A stretch of 64,000 nt of DNA from Balanoglossus misakiensis (taxonomy: Eukaryota > Animalia > Hemichordata): the NCBI GenBank assembly GCA_040954595.2, contig JBECUI020000030.1:124001-188000 (forward strand), read 5' to 3'. The notes under the pieces were generated by a model. That model saw only the letters and a program-made list of their open reading frames with translations. It made no database searches and had not been told where the DNA came from. The position numbers were made by a program, and so were the translations under genes. Below are positions 1 to 10,551 of the stretch, piece after piece (position 1 is the stretch's first letter; each line of letters begins with the position of its first letter).

Positions 1-489
1 GAAGAGACGGGAAACAGTTTTGAAGAGAATGCACTCCAAAAAGCAAAATACATGTCCGTATTAATACAAGAAAGCAAACACGAGTTTGCTAATATGCCTA
101 TTCTTGCTGAAGACTCCGGCCTCTGTGTTCTTGCTCTGGACGGTCGTCCGGGCATTTATTCCGCCCGATTCGGTCGTGAACAAGGGATCAACACGGATTC
201 GGAACGGGTACAGTTCTTATTAGAACAAATGCAAGGGAAAAAAGACCGACAGGCATTTTATGTCTGTGCACTAGTTTGCCTCCATGATGCAGAACGATTT
301 ACAATTATTCGTGAAACATGGCATGGTGAAATTTCAGATCGCGCTATTTCCGGGACTACCGGGTTTGGATATGACCCGGTGTTTTACTTGCCGGATCTAA
401 ATAAAACTGTCTCCTGCATTCCTGAAGCCGAAAAACATCGTAGATCGCACAGAGCACAAGCAACAAGAACCCTATTGCGTATTATCTAA
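1..489 (+). CDS. rdgB: Non-canonical purine NTP pyrophosphatase (RdgB/HAM1), 5' end outside window
   Basis: Frame open from base 1 (EETGNSFEENALQKA); motifs EDSGL, GRPGIYSARF, GFGYDPVF, SHRA. Confidence 0.93.
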   Translation, partial: EETGNSFEENALQKAKYMSVLIQESKHEFANMPILAEDSGLCVLALDGRPGIYSARFGREQGINTDSERVQFLLEQMQGKKDRQAFYVCALVCLHDAERFTIIRETWHGEISDRAISGTTGFGYDPVFYLPDLNKTVSCIPEAEKHRRSHRAQATRTLLRII

Positions 490-540
490 ATCAAGGAAGA
501 TAGCAATAAAAGATGGATGGGACCGGTCTGACTTAATAGT

Positions 541-1659
541 ATGAGTAAAATAACTGTTCTTCAAACCTATAAGGCTTACGTCCCGGAAACAGGCGGAGTT
601 ATCTCGGTAATGAAAGATTTAGCTCAAGGGCTTCCCTTTGATTATACAATCCTCGCTACCAGGCAGAAAAATATGCATGCCAAGGAAATAATAGAGAATG
701 TCAAAGTCCTTCGTTCTCGCTCTTTCGCTACTGTCCTTTCGCTGCCTATCGCTCCGACACTTCTCCCACAATTCTGGAAATTAGCTCGAAAGACAGATAT
801 TGTTGCATATCATTACCCGACTCCATGGTTTGATATTGCTATTGCACTCTATCTTCCCCGACGCACAAAACTTATTATACATTGGCATGCCGAAATTACT
901 GCAAAAAAACAAACCCCCTTTCTCGCCCTTCTTAAACCCTTTATTAAAAAAACACTCAAACGAGCAGATGCAGTTATCGTATCAAATCCTAATATGATTA
1001 CCCATTCTCCCTTTCTTCGCCCCTTCCAACATAAATGCCATGTTATTCCCTTTGGTATCGATACACATCAATGGATAAATGACATCGATCCCCAAAGCAT
1101 TCAAGACATAAAGAACAGGTACGGAAACTTTTTTCTTTCCTGCGGACGACTTGTTCCTTACAAAGGATACGATATTCTTCTGCATGCTATACAAGACACC
1201 CCCCTGCAAGTGCTTATTGCCGGATTTGGTCCATTAGAAGAAGAGCTGCGTCAATTAGCAGAATCTCTTGCAGTAACAAAACAGGTTGTATTCACAGGAA
1301 AAGTTACGAGTACAGAGCTAAAATCTCTGCACATTGCTTCACAGGGATTTGTCTTTTCTTCAGTATCCGAAAATGAAGCCTTTGGACTTGCACAACTGGA
1401 AGCAATGTCACTGGGTAAAGCAATAATTAATACCAATCTCCGTTCGGGAGTACCCTGGGTTGCCCGTAATGGGAAAGAGGCAATTACAGTCGCTCCTAAG
1501 GATCCGCTAGGTCTGAGGAATGCAATGTTACGATTGCATGCCGACCCTGCCCTTGCGAAAAAACTTGGTGATGCGGGCAAAAAACGTTGCCAGCAAGTAT
1601 TTAATCAAGAAAAATTTATTACTAATATGAAAAAAATATATGAATCATTGTTGCAATGA
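541..1659 (+). CDS. Glycosyltransferase family 4 (GT-B)
   Basis: GRLVPYKG, EAFGLAQLEAMSLGK (E-x7-E motif). Confidence 0.9.
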   Translation: MSKITVLQTYKAYVPETGGVISVMKDLAQGLPFDYTILATRQKNMHAKEIIENVKVLRSRSFATVLSLPIAPTLLPQFWKLARKTDIVAYHYPTPWFDIAIALYLPRRTKLIIHWHAEITAKKQTPFLALLKPFIKKTLKRADAVIVSNPNMITHSPFLRPFQHKCHVIPFGIDTHQWINDIDPQSIQDIKNRYGNFFLSCGRLVPYKGYDILLHAIQDTPLQVLIAGFGPLEEELRQLAESLAVTKQVVFTGKVTSTELKSLHIASQGFVFSSVSENEAFGLAQLEAMSLGKAIINTNLRSGVPWVARNGKEAITVAPKDPLGLRNAMLRLHADPALAKKLGDAGKKRCQQVFNQEKFITNMKKIYESLLQ

Positions 1660-2844
1660 AATAATATTCATCATTTTTTCAAAACGACCTTCCCATGTAT
1701 ATTCACGAATTGCTTCTAGTGGAACTTGTCGTTTATCCCTTGCTAACTTGAGAGTGCTCCGGATCTGTTCAAAGAAATTCTGTGCATTCGTTGCGCAGGA
1801 AAATAAATGATGCAATTCACCGAGTGCCGGTAGTTTCGTAGCAACAACCGGCAAGCCTGCTGCCAAGTACTCAAAAAATTTCATGGGGAACATGGCACGG
1901 GTATAATCGTTTATTTGAGACGGCAAAACTGCAACATCCATATAGGCAAGATAGGCTGGTAAGTCTTGATATCGACGATAGCCAAGGCAATGTACATTCG
2001 GTAGAGTAGACAACTCGGCAAAAATAGAATTTTCCTGTCCCTCCCGCTCTTCTCCTATCAATAGCCATTGCCATTCTTTCTGCATAAGAACAAGACTCCG
2101 TAACAACTCAAAATCCAACTTAAAATCGCTCATAACACCGTGATATACTATCCGGGGATGTGCAATCTGCTGAATATCCGGTGGCTCGGGAATGTCCGCA
2201 CTCTTTTGATTATAGTCGATCCTTGCCTGCGAAAAATGTTCTATATCCACTACATTTGGAAAGTAATGTATTTGACGAGCATGCATTGTTTGATACATCT
2301 CCTGCAATGCAAGACTCGTCGTAAAAACGTAATCTGCCCCTTGGAGCAAGGAAAACTCATATTTTTGTATCATTTCAGCATCAATGCCAGGGACCGCGGA
2401 TAGATCATCAACACTATGATACACCACGTATGAATACGACAGTGCTCCCAGTAGATCAGTCATTAGGGGATGATATGTCCACAAAACCGGTCTCTTGAAT
2501 CCTGCAAAGATGCAAAATAAACGAATACGGCAAAGCAACAAGAAGCGATTGATACGCCGTACAAAGGGCTTGTGCCAAAAAGGTAATACAAAGGGTGATA
2601 ATATCCATACATTTGTAATTGGATTTCTCGCCGGCAGCCAGGAACGGATGAGCCGCCGAATAATGCGGAACAGGTCACGACTATTTGCACCCGGCATGCG
2701 TAATCCAAAAGACTCAATGTATAAGACTGGATGCTTTCTTTTGTGAAATTGCATGCACATATGCTGCTTATTTGTCCAGTACGGCGCATCCCAATCTGCT
2801 GTTGAAAACATGATGATCGGTGAAAGATCGGTCTGACTATTCAT
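1645..2844 (-). CDS. Glycosyltransferase, GT-B (TuaH-like)
   Basis: DWDAPYWTNKQH N-terminus, FPMKFFEYLAAGLPVVAT; start placed at MNSQ (2844) to avoid overlap with ugd. Confidence 0.82.
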   Translation of the reverse strand: MNSQTDLSPIIMFSTADWDAPYWTNKQHMCMQFHKRKHPVLYIESFGLRMPGANSRDLFRIIRRLIRSWLPARNPITNVWILSPFVLPFWHKPFVRRINRFLLLCRIRLFCIFAGFKRPVLWTYHPLMTDLLGALSYSYVVYHSVDDLSAVPGIDAEMIQKYEFSLLQGADYVFTTSLALQEMYQTMHARQIHYFPNVVDIEHFSQARIDYNQKSADIPEPPDIQQIAHPRIVYHGVMSDFKLDFELLRSLVLMQKEWQWLLIGEEREGQENSIFAELSTLPNVHCLGYRRYQDLPAYLAYMDVAVLPSQINDYTRAMFPMKFFEYLAAGLPVVATKLPALGELHHLFSCATNAQNFFEQIRSTLKLARDKRQVPLEAIREYTWEGRFEKMMNIISLQQ

Positions 2845-2860
2845 TATATTGTTATACAAT

Positions 2861-4171
2861 TCATGTAATATATTCCTTTCTTCCGATAGAAATATATTGA
2901 AACCCGGCATTGTGCATAGTTTGCGGAGAAAAACAATTTCGCATATCGACCATTCGTGCATGCGTCATTCGATTCTTTAATTGCATAATATCCATATCCC
3001 GATACTGCTGCCAATCAGTAATTATAACTACTGCATCAGCGCCGGTCGCTGCTTCGTAGGGATCACGGATATAACGTACGCGATCCTGGAAAATCCTGCG
3101 AGCTTCTGGTAATGCCATTGGATCCGATACACTTACATTTGCCCCCATTTTTAAGAGTGTCTGCACGATATCAATGCTCTGTGCATCTCGCATATCATTG
3201 GTTTCTGGCTTAAAGGCTAACCCGAGCACCGCTATCTGCTTATCAGCAAGGTTGTCATTGAGTATACGTCTGATTTTTTCTACCATATACTGCCTCCGGT
3301 TAGTATTGGTAGATATAACGACATCAATAAAGTCATGGGGAACTTGTGCCTGTGCCGCCGTATGTTTCAGGGCGAGAAGGTCTTTCGGGAAACACATCCC
3401 TCCATACCCTGGTCCGGGAGCAAAAAAGGCATTGCCAATACGTTTATCCAATCCGACCCCCTGAGCAATGGTCTCAATGTCCCCACCTGTTATTTCACAT
3501 ATGTCGGCAATTTGATTAATAAAAGTCAATTTAGTAGCAAGAAAAGCATTGCTCGCATACTTTATCAATTCGGCACTCTCCAAATCGGTACATAGTACTG
3601 GGGCATCTATACCCTTGTACAGAGTACGCATGACTTCCCTTGCAGTCTCACTGCCCGTACCGATAACAATTCGATCAGAGTGGAAGAAATCATAGAGTGC
3701 ATTGCCTTCTCGTAAAAACTCAGGGTTAGACACAACATCAAATAGATCCGGATCCAGACTGGCAGCAAGTTTGTTTCCAATGCTGCGTGTTGTGCCTACT
3801 GGGACCGTTGATTTACTAACAATAATTGTGTATGAATGAATATGATTAGCAAGCTGGTGCACTACATTATTAACATACTGTAGATCAGCTTCAGCCGCAC
3901 CTACAATAGGTGGAGTGCCTACACAGATAAAAACTACCTCGCAGTTCTGCATGGCATCGGCAATATCGTCAGTAAACCGTAATCTACCTGTTTTCAATTC
4001 GGCACGCAGTGCATCTTCCACCCCGGGGTCATACATATCAGTTATCCCTTGTTGTAGGTTATTAATCTTTTTTTGATTAATATCTACACACGATACTTTA
4101 TGCCCGACATTTGATAGTCCAATGCCGGTAACGAGACCTACTATACCTATACCAATAACCGTTATGTACAT
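2861..4171 (-). CDS. ugd: UDP-glucose 6-dehydrogenase
   Basis: GIGIVG, ICVGTP, SNPEFLREG, GYGGMCFPKD, GLAFKPETNDMR. Confidence 0.95.
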   Translation of the reverse strand: MYITVIGIGIVGLVTGIGLSNVGHKVSCVDINQKKINNLQQGITDMYDPGVEDALRAELKTGRLRFTDDIADAMQNCEVVFICVGTPPIVGAAEADLQYVNNVVHQLANHIHSYTIIVSKSTVPVGTTRSIGNKLAASLDPDLFDVVSNPEFLREGNALYDFFHSDRIVIGTGSETAREVMRTLYKGIDAPVLCTDLESAELIKYASNAFLATKLTFINQIADICEITGGDIETIAQGVGLDKRIGNAFFAPGPGYGGMCFPKDLLALKHTAAQAQVPHDFIDVVISTNTNRRQYMVEKIRRILNDNLADKQIAVLGLAFKPETNDMRDAQSIDIVQTLLKMGANVSVSDPMALPEARRIFQDRVRYIRDPYEAATGADAVVIITDWQQYRDMDIMQLKNRMTHARMVDMRNCFSPQTMHNAGFQYISIGRKEYIT

Positions 4172-4253
4172 TAACTCAAGTGCTACCGACTACCTCAACA
4201 TATACAACAGTATACTGATTCACAAGGAAAATAACAATGCACTTTAACTATCA

Positions 4254-4283
4254 TTGACAAACATCATTGTTATGCAGTATCAT
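4254..4283 (+). promoter_or_regulatory. Sigma70-like promoter of tRNA-Leu
   Basis: TTGACA (4254) N18 TATCAT (4278) just upstream of the tRNA. Confidence 0.55.
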
Positions 4284-4297
4284 AGCAGTATAAGTAT

Positions 4298-4382
4298 GCG
4301 GCGGTGGTGGAATTGGTAGACACGCTAGCTTGAGGGGCTAGTGGACATTGCGTCCGTGGGGGTTCAAGTCCCCCTCGCCGCA
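4298..4382 (+). tRNA. tRNA-Leu(GAG), CCA not encoded
   Basis: Acceptor GCGGCGG/TCGCCGC-A, D-loop TGGTAGAC, anticodon arm CTAGC-TTGAGGG-GCTAG, long variable arm, GGTTCAAGTCC. Confidence 0.96.
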
Positions 4383-4474
4383 ACTGTACGGTTTCTTTGA
4401 AATATAAATTGCCGTGCGTTGTTAATTACGATACAATTATTACAATAACATAACTTTACAAAGATGGAGACAGT

Positions 4475-5431
4475 ATGTTTCAAAAACAATTAATTATGAG
4501 AAAAGTGCTATATGCGCTTGTACCAATGTACTTTTTGGCACTATACATGTATGGAATTACACTATTAGTTCATACGGTATTAGTCTTTGGTACGGGCATT
4601 GCCATAGAGTACATTATGACAAAGCGGAGAAAACGAAAAATCAGTGAGGCGGTCTTTGTTACCTGCATGCTTTACACCCTGTCATTGCCACCGAATACAC
4701 CCTATTGGATTTCTGTTATAGGTATTGCCTTTGCCATCTTGGTAGCAAAGGAGATATACGGCGGCTTTGGTCGGAACATTTTTAATCCGGCTATTGCGGG
4801 GCGTATATTTATTTATCTCACCTTTCCGACAGTATTAACCACTGCATGGATGTTGCCGGGTCTTTGGGGCAGTTCTGGTGTAAGTGCTGTTGATACCTTA
4901 ACAGCTGCTACTCCGCTTGCAGTCATTCGATCAGGAGAGATGCCTAACATTATTGATATGTTTTTTGGCTTCCGGGCAGGATCATTTGGCGAAAGCTCGG
5001 CACTACTCATTATTATTGCAGGTATATACCTGATAATAACGAAGACAGCCAACAAGACTCTGATGTTATCCAGCTTTTTCAGTGCTTTAATCTGTACAAC
5101 AGCTTTGTACTTTGCAAACCTGATACCAGGACTGACTCCGGATATGGGCTCGGCATTAACTGCTATTCCTATCTACATGATGTCAGGAAGTCTTCTCTAT
5201 ATGGTTGTTTTTATGGTAACAGATCCGGTAACCGGACCTAATAAATTTCTCGCACAGTGTTTGTACGGGACAATAATTGGATCTGTTACCATCATTGTTC
5301 GAGTATTTTCTGCATTCCCCGAAGGAACAAGTTTCGGCATTTTGATGGGCAATGTATTTGCCAGTTTTCTTGATGAAATAATTCCTGCTAAGAAAAAAAA
5401 GGTAGCCCAGAAAAAGGAGGTAACTGCATGA
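4475..5431 (+). CDS. NqrB/RnfD-family membrane subunit (short, RnfD-sized)
   Basis: KEIYGGFGRNIFNPA, FMN-attachment TAATPL, GSFGESS, FMVTDPVTGP. Confidence 0.9.
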   Translation: MFQKQLIMRKVLYALVPMYFLALYMYGITLLVHTVLVFGTGIAIEYIMTKRRKRKISEAVFVTCMLYTLSLPPNTPYWISVIGIAFAILVAKEIYGGFGRNIFNPAIAGRIFIYLTFPTVLTTAWMLPGLWGSSGVSAVDTLTAATPLAVIRSGEMPNIIDMFFGFRAGSFGESSALLIIIAGIYLIITKTANKTLMLSSFFSALICTTALYFANLIPGLTPDMGSALTAIPIYMMSGSLLYMVVFMVTDPVTGPNKFLAQCLYGTIIGSVTIIVRVFSAFPEGTSFGILMGNVFASFLDEIIPAKKKKVAQKKEVTA

Positions 5432-6033
5432 GCAAAAAGGAACAAGGATTAATATATACAATTATTTTTACGTTTATTGTTTGTTTTGTCTTTGTATTTG
5501 GTCTCGTATTTGTTAATCAACAAACAATGGCTCTCGTTGAAAAGAATAAACTTATAGCTAGCCAATCAGCCGTTCTGAACTCCTTTGGTATTACGTACGA
5601 TAGCGAAGAAAAAATACAAGACCTGTATGCAGACATTGCTATTGAAGAAAGAAACGGTATTCAACTGTTCAAGGCAACAAACAATAATACTATCAGCTAT
5701 GCAAAACGATTTGTAGGCAAGGGATTATGGGGCAGGATAGAAGGTATTATTGCCGTTTCGGACGACTTAACCCGTGTAGTGGGTGTAGAGATTATATCTC
5801 ATAATGAAACCCCGGGATTGGGAGGACGAATCGACGAAGACTGGTTCAAGGAACAGTTGCGAAATGAACGCATTGTCAACAATGCAGTTCTTGTTGCTGT
5901 TGCCGGTGTCGGTGATGAAGATAAAGAGAATGGGAGTATCGATGCAATTACTGGTGCAACCCGTACCAGCGATGCTGTTCGTATTATTCTTCAAGACGAG
6001 TTAGCAATTCTAACCGAATTATTAGGGAGTTAA
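5428..6033 (+). CDS. NqrC/RnfG-family FMN-binding subunit
   Basis: N-terminal TM helix, GKGLWG, HNETPGLGG, DAITGATRTS. Confidence 0.9.
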   Translation: MSKKEQGLIYTIIFTFIVCFVFVFGLVFVNQQTMALVEKNKLIASQSAVLNSFGITYDSEEKIQDLYADIAIEERNGIQLFKATNNNTISYAKRFVGKGLWGRIEGIIAVSDDLTRVVGVEIISHNETPGLGGRIDEDWFKEQLRNERIVNNAVLVAVAGVGDEDKENGSIDAITGATRTSDAVRIILQDELAILTELLGS

Positions 6034-6034
6034 T

Positions 6035-6640
6035 ATGAGTATATCCAAAGAAATTTTAAGAAAAAATCTCTGGACGGAGAACCAGATATTTATGCAAATA
6101 TTGGGCATCTGTTCTTGCCTTGCAGTAACGAACCTCCTGTCTAACACTGCTATAATGACACTGGGTGTCGTATTTGTTACTGCATTTTCCAACCTAACGG
6201 TCTCATTAATTAAACAGTTTATCCCGCGACGTGTACGCATGATTGTACAGGTTCTCATTATTTCGTTTTATGTAATTATTGTCGACATGGTCCTGCAAGC
6301 ATATCTGCCTGAAATATCAAAGCGGCTTGGTCCATACGTTGGGCTGATAATTACCAACTGTATAATTATGGGACGAGCAGAAGCCTTTGCACAGGCAAAC
6401 CCGCCGATGCTCTCACTCTGGGACGGTATTACCGCCGGATTGGGGTATATGCTGGTATTGCTGGCAATCGCATTTGTTCGAGAGCTCTTGGGCTTCGGCA
6501 CTCTGTTTGGCTTGCAAATTTTTCCGGAAAGCTTTGTCCCTTGGACAATTATGGTAACCGCCCCAAGTGCATTCTTTCTCTTGGGATTCGTTATTTGGAT
6601 TGGAAAAACAATCTTAAAGAAACAAGGAGTTGAAGTATGA
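6035..6640 (+). CDS. nqrD: NqrD/RnfE-family subunit
   Basis: QILGICSCLAVT, YVGLIITNCIIMGRAEAFA, RELLGFGTLFG. Confidence 0.88.
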   Translation: MSISKEILRKNLWTENQIFMQILGICSCLAVTNLLSNTAIMTLGVVFVTAFSNLTVSLIKQFIPRRVRMIVQVLIISFYVIIVDMVLQAYLPEISKRLGPYVGLIITNCIIMGRAEAFAQANPPMLSLWDGITAGLGYMLVLLAIAFVRELLGFGTLFGLQIFPESFVPWTIMVTAPSAFFLLGFVIWIGKTILKKQGVEV

Positions 6641-7230
6641 TTCCCGATTTAAATCCACTTGTCTTATTTTTTGGTTCTATACTTACCAGTAATATTCTAT
6701 TGGCAAATTTTCTCGGTATGTGCTCATTTATTGCAATATCAAAAGACCTGAACTCTTCCAATGGACTGGGCATGGCCGTTACTGTCGTACTGACTCTTAC
6801 CAGTATAGCAAACTGGGCGATCTTGAAATTCATTCTTGAACCACTGAGTCTTACCTATCTTCGGTACATTATTTTTATTATAGTTATTGCAGCCGTCGTG
6901 CAGATGCTGGAAATGATTATCGATCGTGTGTCACAGAAACTATACATGTCACTGGGCATATTCTTGCCGCTTATAACAGTAAACTGTGCAATACTTGGTG
7001 TATCCTTATTTCTAGAAATACGTAATTACAACTTTCTACAAACTACATTATACAGCATTGGATCAGGATTAGGCTGGTGGCTGGCAATCGTTCTGCTTGC
7101 TGCAATCAGAAGAAAGGTTGATAAAGCTCCGGTCCCCGAAGGCTTAAAGGGGTCCGGAATAACAATGATCACTATTGGATTTATGGCAATAGCATTTATC
7201 GGGTTTTCCGGTATGTTAGCCGTACAATAA
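6637..7230 (+). CDS. nqrE: NqrE/RnfA-family subunit
   Basis: FLGMCSFI, GLGMAVTVV, FLPLITVNCAILG, FIGFSG. Confidence 0.88.
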   Translation: MIPDLNPLVLFFGSILTSNILLANFLGMCSFIAISKDLNSSNGLGMAVTVVLTLTSIANWAILKFILEPLSLTYLRYIIFIIVIAAVVQMLEMIIDRVSQKLYMSLGIFLPLITVNCAILGVSLFLEIRNYNFLQTTLYSIGSGLGWWLAIVLLAAIRRKVDKAPVPEGLKGSGITMITIGFMAIAFIGFSGMLAVQ

Positions 7231-7240
7231 AGGAGAAAAA

Positions 7241-8362
7241 ATGGAAGCATATTTACTTGCACCAATAACTATTTCAGCGATCAGTGCCGTTTTGGCTATG
7301 ATCATCTATATTACCGATGCAATCGCAAACAACTATGGTCAAGTTACTCTTAACATCAATGATGGGAAAAAGGAAATAGAAGTAAAGGGCGGATCGCCGT
7401 TACTTTTCTCCCTTGCAGAAGATAATATCTTTATCCCCTCAGCCTGTGGGGGGAAAGGAACCTGTGGAGCATGCAAGGTCCAAGTTATGAATGACATTGG
7501 CCCCGTACTGCCGACTGAAACCCCCTATCTTACAGCAGAAGAACTTGAACAACGCACTCGTCTTTCCTGTCAGATCAAAGTAAAAACCAATATTGAAATC
7601 GTTATCCCGGAGGAACTATTCAATGTTCAGCAATACAAGGCACGAGTCGAAGCCATTAATGATGTTACCTACGACATAAAAGAAGTGCATCTATCCTTGC
7701 CGGACGATGAAACAATTACATTCCTGCCCGGGCAGTACTGTCAGTTTCAATCAGAACCCTATGCAAAAATAAAGGAAAACACCTTCCGTGCCTATTCCAT
7801 GTCCTCATCACCATACGAAAACAGAAAACTGGAATTTCTTATCCGATTGGTCCCCGAGGGAATCGTAACAACCTATGTACATACGGCTTTGAACGTAGGA
7901 GATACAGCAGTTGTAACCGGACCCTTTGGAGAGTTTCATGTCCGAGATACAAATGCTATGATGATCTGTGTTGCTGGTGGTTCAGGCATGGCACCGTTTA
8001 AGAGCATCTTCAAAGAAATGCTCAATAACAAAACCTTTGACCACCGGGATATATGGTATTTCTTTGGTGCAGTTACATCAAAAGATATGTACTATCTTGA
8101 TTGGTTATATCAACTTGATGCAGAACATACACGTTTTCACTTTATTCCCGCGCTCTCAGCACCTGAAGAAGGAGCGCCCTGGCAAGGAGAAACAGGGTTA
8201 ATAACAGAGGTATTGGACAAGTATTTGCATCGGGAAGACCTTGCACAGGCAGAGAAAGAAGGCTACCTCTGCGGCAGTCCCGGAATGCTCGATGCTTGTA
8301 TGGATGTCATGCGCAATAACAAGATGTCCGATGACAAAATATACTTCGATAAATTTGCCTAA
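7241..8362 (+). CDS. nqrF: NqrF-like 2Fe-2S / FAD / NAD-binding reductase
   Basis: TM anchor, SACGGKGTCGACKV...RLSCQ, RAYSMSS, GPFGEF, AGGSGMAP, CGSPGM, DKFA terminus. Confidence 0.85.
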   Translation: MEAYLLAPITISAISAVLAMIIYITDAIANNYGQVTLNINDGKKEIEVKGGSPLLFSLAEDNIFIPSACGGKGTCGACKVQVMNDIGPVLPTETPYLTAEELEQRTRLSCQIKVKTNIEIVIPEELFNVQQYKARVEAINDVTYDIKEVHLSLPDDETITFLPGQYCQFQSEPYAKIKENTFRAYSMSSSPYENRKLEFLIRLVPEGIVTTYVHTALNVGDTAVVTGPFGEFHVRDTNAMMICVAGGSGMAPFKSIFKEMLNNKTFDHRDIWYFFGAVTSKDMYYLDWLYQLDAEHTRFHFIPALSAPEEGAPWQGETGLITEVLDKYLHREDLAQAEKEGYLCGSPGMLDACMDVMRNNKMSDDKIYFDKFA

Positions 8363-8921
8363 CAAGCGAATAGTTTGCTTACTCGGCATTAAACACAGCG
8401 GTAAGTCATCTTTAGCGCGTTATCTGGCAATACATAAGGGCTTTATCCGCTTTGATGTTGATGATACCTTATTAGATCTCTATCAACAATCAGATAACAC
8501 GAAAGATACTGTTCGTGCCGTCTACAAGAGCACTGGGGGCGAAGAATTTAGGAAATTGGAAACTGCTGCTGCTACCTGGATTATTTCTCAGGCAAAAAAA
8601 TTACCCGTGCCTGTTGTAATTGCCTGTGGCGGTGGCATTTGCGACAATGTCGATGCCATTGCCGTCTTGGAGTCGGTTGGCATATTTTGTTACATTGCAA
8701 CTCCGTTTCATATTATTTGGCAAAGGCTTCTTTCAAAGGGCATGCCTGCTTATTTAGAAGAAAGCAGTAATGCCCGCGAGGACTTTTTCACGATTGTTCA
8801 GCAGCGGGAACATCAATATAAAAAAATAGCCGACATTACCATAGATGGACGATATGAGGTAGATATGAAGTCCGCCGCCCTCTTAAAAGAATTAGCCGGC
8901 ATTAGTGCCGAAAAGGATTAA
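8355..8921 (+). CDS. aroK: Shikimate kinase (start uncertain: TTG 8355 or ATG 8331)
   Basis: P-loop GIKHSGKSS, GGEEFRKLE, IACGGG; adjacent to aroC. Confidence 0.8.
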   Translation: MPNKRIVCLLGIKHSGKSSLARYLAIHKGFIRFDVDDTLLDLYQQSDNTKDTVRAVYKSTGGEEFRKLETAAATWIISQAKKLPVPVVIACGGGICDNVDAIAVLESVGIFCYIATPFHIIWQRLLSKGMPAYLEESSNAREDFFTIVQQREHQYKKIADITIDGRYEVDMKSAALLKELAGISAEKD

Positions 8922-8961
8922 AACCTATACGAAATAGCCCCTGTTTGTTATACTTACGTTC

Positions 8962-10017
8962 ATGGCAGGCAGTAGTTTTGGCAAAGCATTCAGAATCCAT
9001 ACATTTGGTGAATCACATGGCAAAGCAGTTGGTGTGATTGTTGATGGGGTACGACCTGGAATACCAATCACTACCGAAGTTATTCAAAAAGAACTAAACC
9101 GCCGAAAGCCGGGACAATCAGATATAACTACTCCACGCAAGGAATCCGACCTTATTCATATTCTATCAGGCATATTTGAAGGGAAAACCACCGGCACACC
9201 CCTAACCTTGATTCTATACAATCACGACGCTGATCCGAGCGCGTACGAATCCATCAAAGATCTCTTTCGACCAGGGCATGCTGATTATACCTATCTGCAT
9301 AAATACGGGATCCGGGATTGGCGCGGAAGTGGTAGGGCATCAGGACGGGAGACTGCTGCACGAGTAGCCGCAGGAGCAGTTGCCCGCGTAGTTCTTGAAA
9401 CTCGGAGAGTAAGGGTTCTTGCTTATACATTAGAAGTAGGCGGGATTGTCTGTAAGAAATTTATTGAAGATGTTATAGAGCATAATCCCCTGCGTGCTTG
9501 TGACCCGGATGCCGCCAAAGAAATGGAAAAATTGGTTCTAAAACTTAAGGAAGAACAAAACAGCATTGGCGGGATTATTGAATGTCGTATTCGGGGCGTA
9601 GAACGGGGGCTTGGGGAACCAGTATTTGATAAACTTGATGCCCTGCTTGCTCATGCAATGCTCTCCATCGGTTCGGTCAAAGGGATAGAATTCGGTGCAG
9701 GTTTTCTAGCGGCCCGTATGTCCGGCAAAGAACATAACGATGAAATTACCGAACAAGGATTTTCCAGTAACAATGCCGGGGGAATACTGGGTGGCATTAG
9801 TACCGGTACAGAAATAGTGTTTAGAATTGTCGTTAAACCGCCTTCATCAATTGCTCGGGTGCAGAAAACAATTGATACCAGTGGTGCAGAACAGGAAATA
9901 CAAACAGAAGGCAGACACGATGTTTGTATCTGCCCTCGTGTTGTGCCTGTTGTTGAGGCTATGACATGCTTAGTACTTGAAGACCTTTACAAACGCCAAC
10001 AAGCCTTACATGCCTAG
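8962..10017 (+). CDS. aroC: Chorismate synthase
   Basis: TFGESHG, RPGHAD, SGRETAARVAAGA, NNAGGILGGISTG, GRHDVC. Confidence 0.97.
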   Translation: MAGSSFGKAFRIHTFGESHGKAVGVIVDGVRPGIPITTEVIQKELNRRKPGQSDITTPRKESDLIHILSGIFEGKTTGTPLTLILYNHDADPSAYESIKDLFRPGHADYTYLHKYGIRDWRGSGRASGRETAARVAAGAVARVVLETRRVRVLAYTLEVGGIVCKKFIEDVIEHNPLRACDPDAAKEMEKLVLKLKEEQNSIGGIIECRIRGVERGLGEPVFDKLDALLAHAMLSIGSVKGIEFGAGFLAARMSGKEHNDEITEQGFSSNNAGGILGGISTGTEIVFRIVVKPPSSIARVQKTIDTSGAEQEIQTEGRHDVCICPRVVPVVEAMTCLVLEDLYKRQQALHA

Positions 10018-10053
10018 CTTGCATATCAACAACTAGCTACTACTATCTATATA

Positions 10054-10551
10054 CTAATCAGATTCTTGACGTCCCATCTCCAAATCAAAGAGATAAAGCC
10101 CATGCCCCGAATCGCCTATTAGTTTTAATTGGTCGACTGCAGTAGAGACTATGTCTTCCTCTTCTACCTGTTCCTCCAAAAACCAATGGAGCATCTGTTC
10201 AGTGGCAAAATCTTCTTCCTTCTGCGCCAGCTTATATACTTTATTAATGTTACTAGTTACAAACACTTCATGTTCATACGCTTTCTCAAATACTTGTAAC
10301 ACACTATCCCAAGCAAAAGGTGGGGCAGCAATAGTGGCAAATTTTGCACCGCCACCACGGCTGTTTATAAAGCTATACAAGCGCTTCGCATGTTCCATTT
10401 CTTCACTAGCATGGTGCTCCAACCAGGATGCACAGCCTTTGAGAGATCTGCTTTCACAATATCCTGCCATAGCCCAATATATATATGCAGATTCCAATTC
10501 TACCCTTATTTGTTCATTTAGTGCCTGTAGCACTGAAGTTTTTAAAGTCAT
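10054..10551 (-). CDS. ftnA: Non-heme ferritin
   Basis: LNEQIRVELESAYIY, EEMEHA, EHEVFVT, WFLEEQVEEE ferroxidase residues. Confidence 0.93.
   Translation of the reverse strand: MTLKTSVLQALNEQIRVELESAYIYWAMAGYCESRSLKGCASWLEHHASEEMEHAKRLYSFINSRGGGAKFATIAAPPFAWDSVLQVFEKAYEHEVFVTSNINKVYKLAQKEEDFATEQMLHWFLEEQVEEEDIVSTAVDQLKLIGDSGHGLYLFDLEMGRQESD

Noticed and set aside
4298-4474. tRNA-Leu or tRNA-Ser as island integration sites
   Set aside because: No duplicated tRNA 3' end or integrase was noticed in the window.
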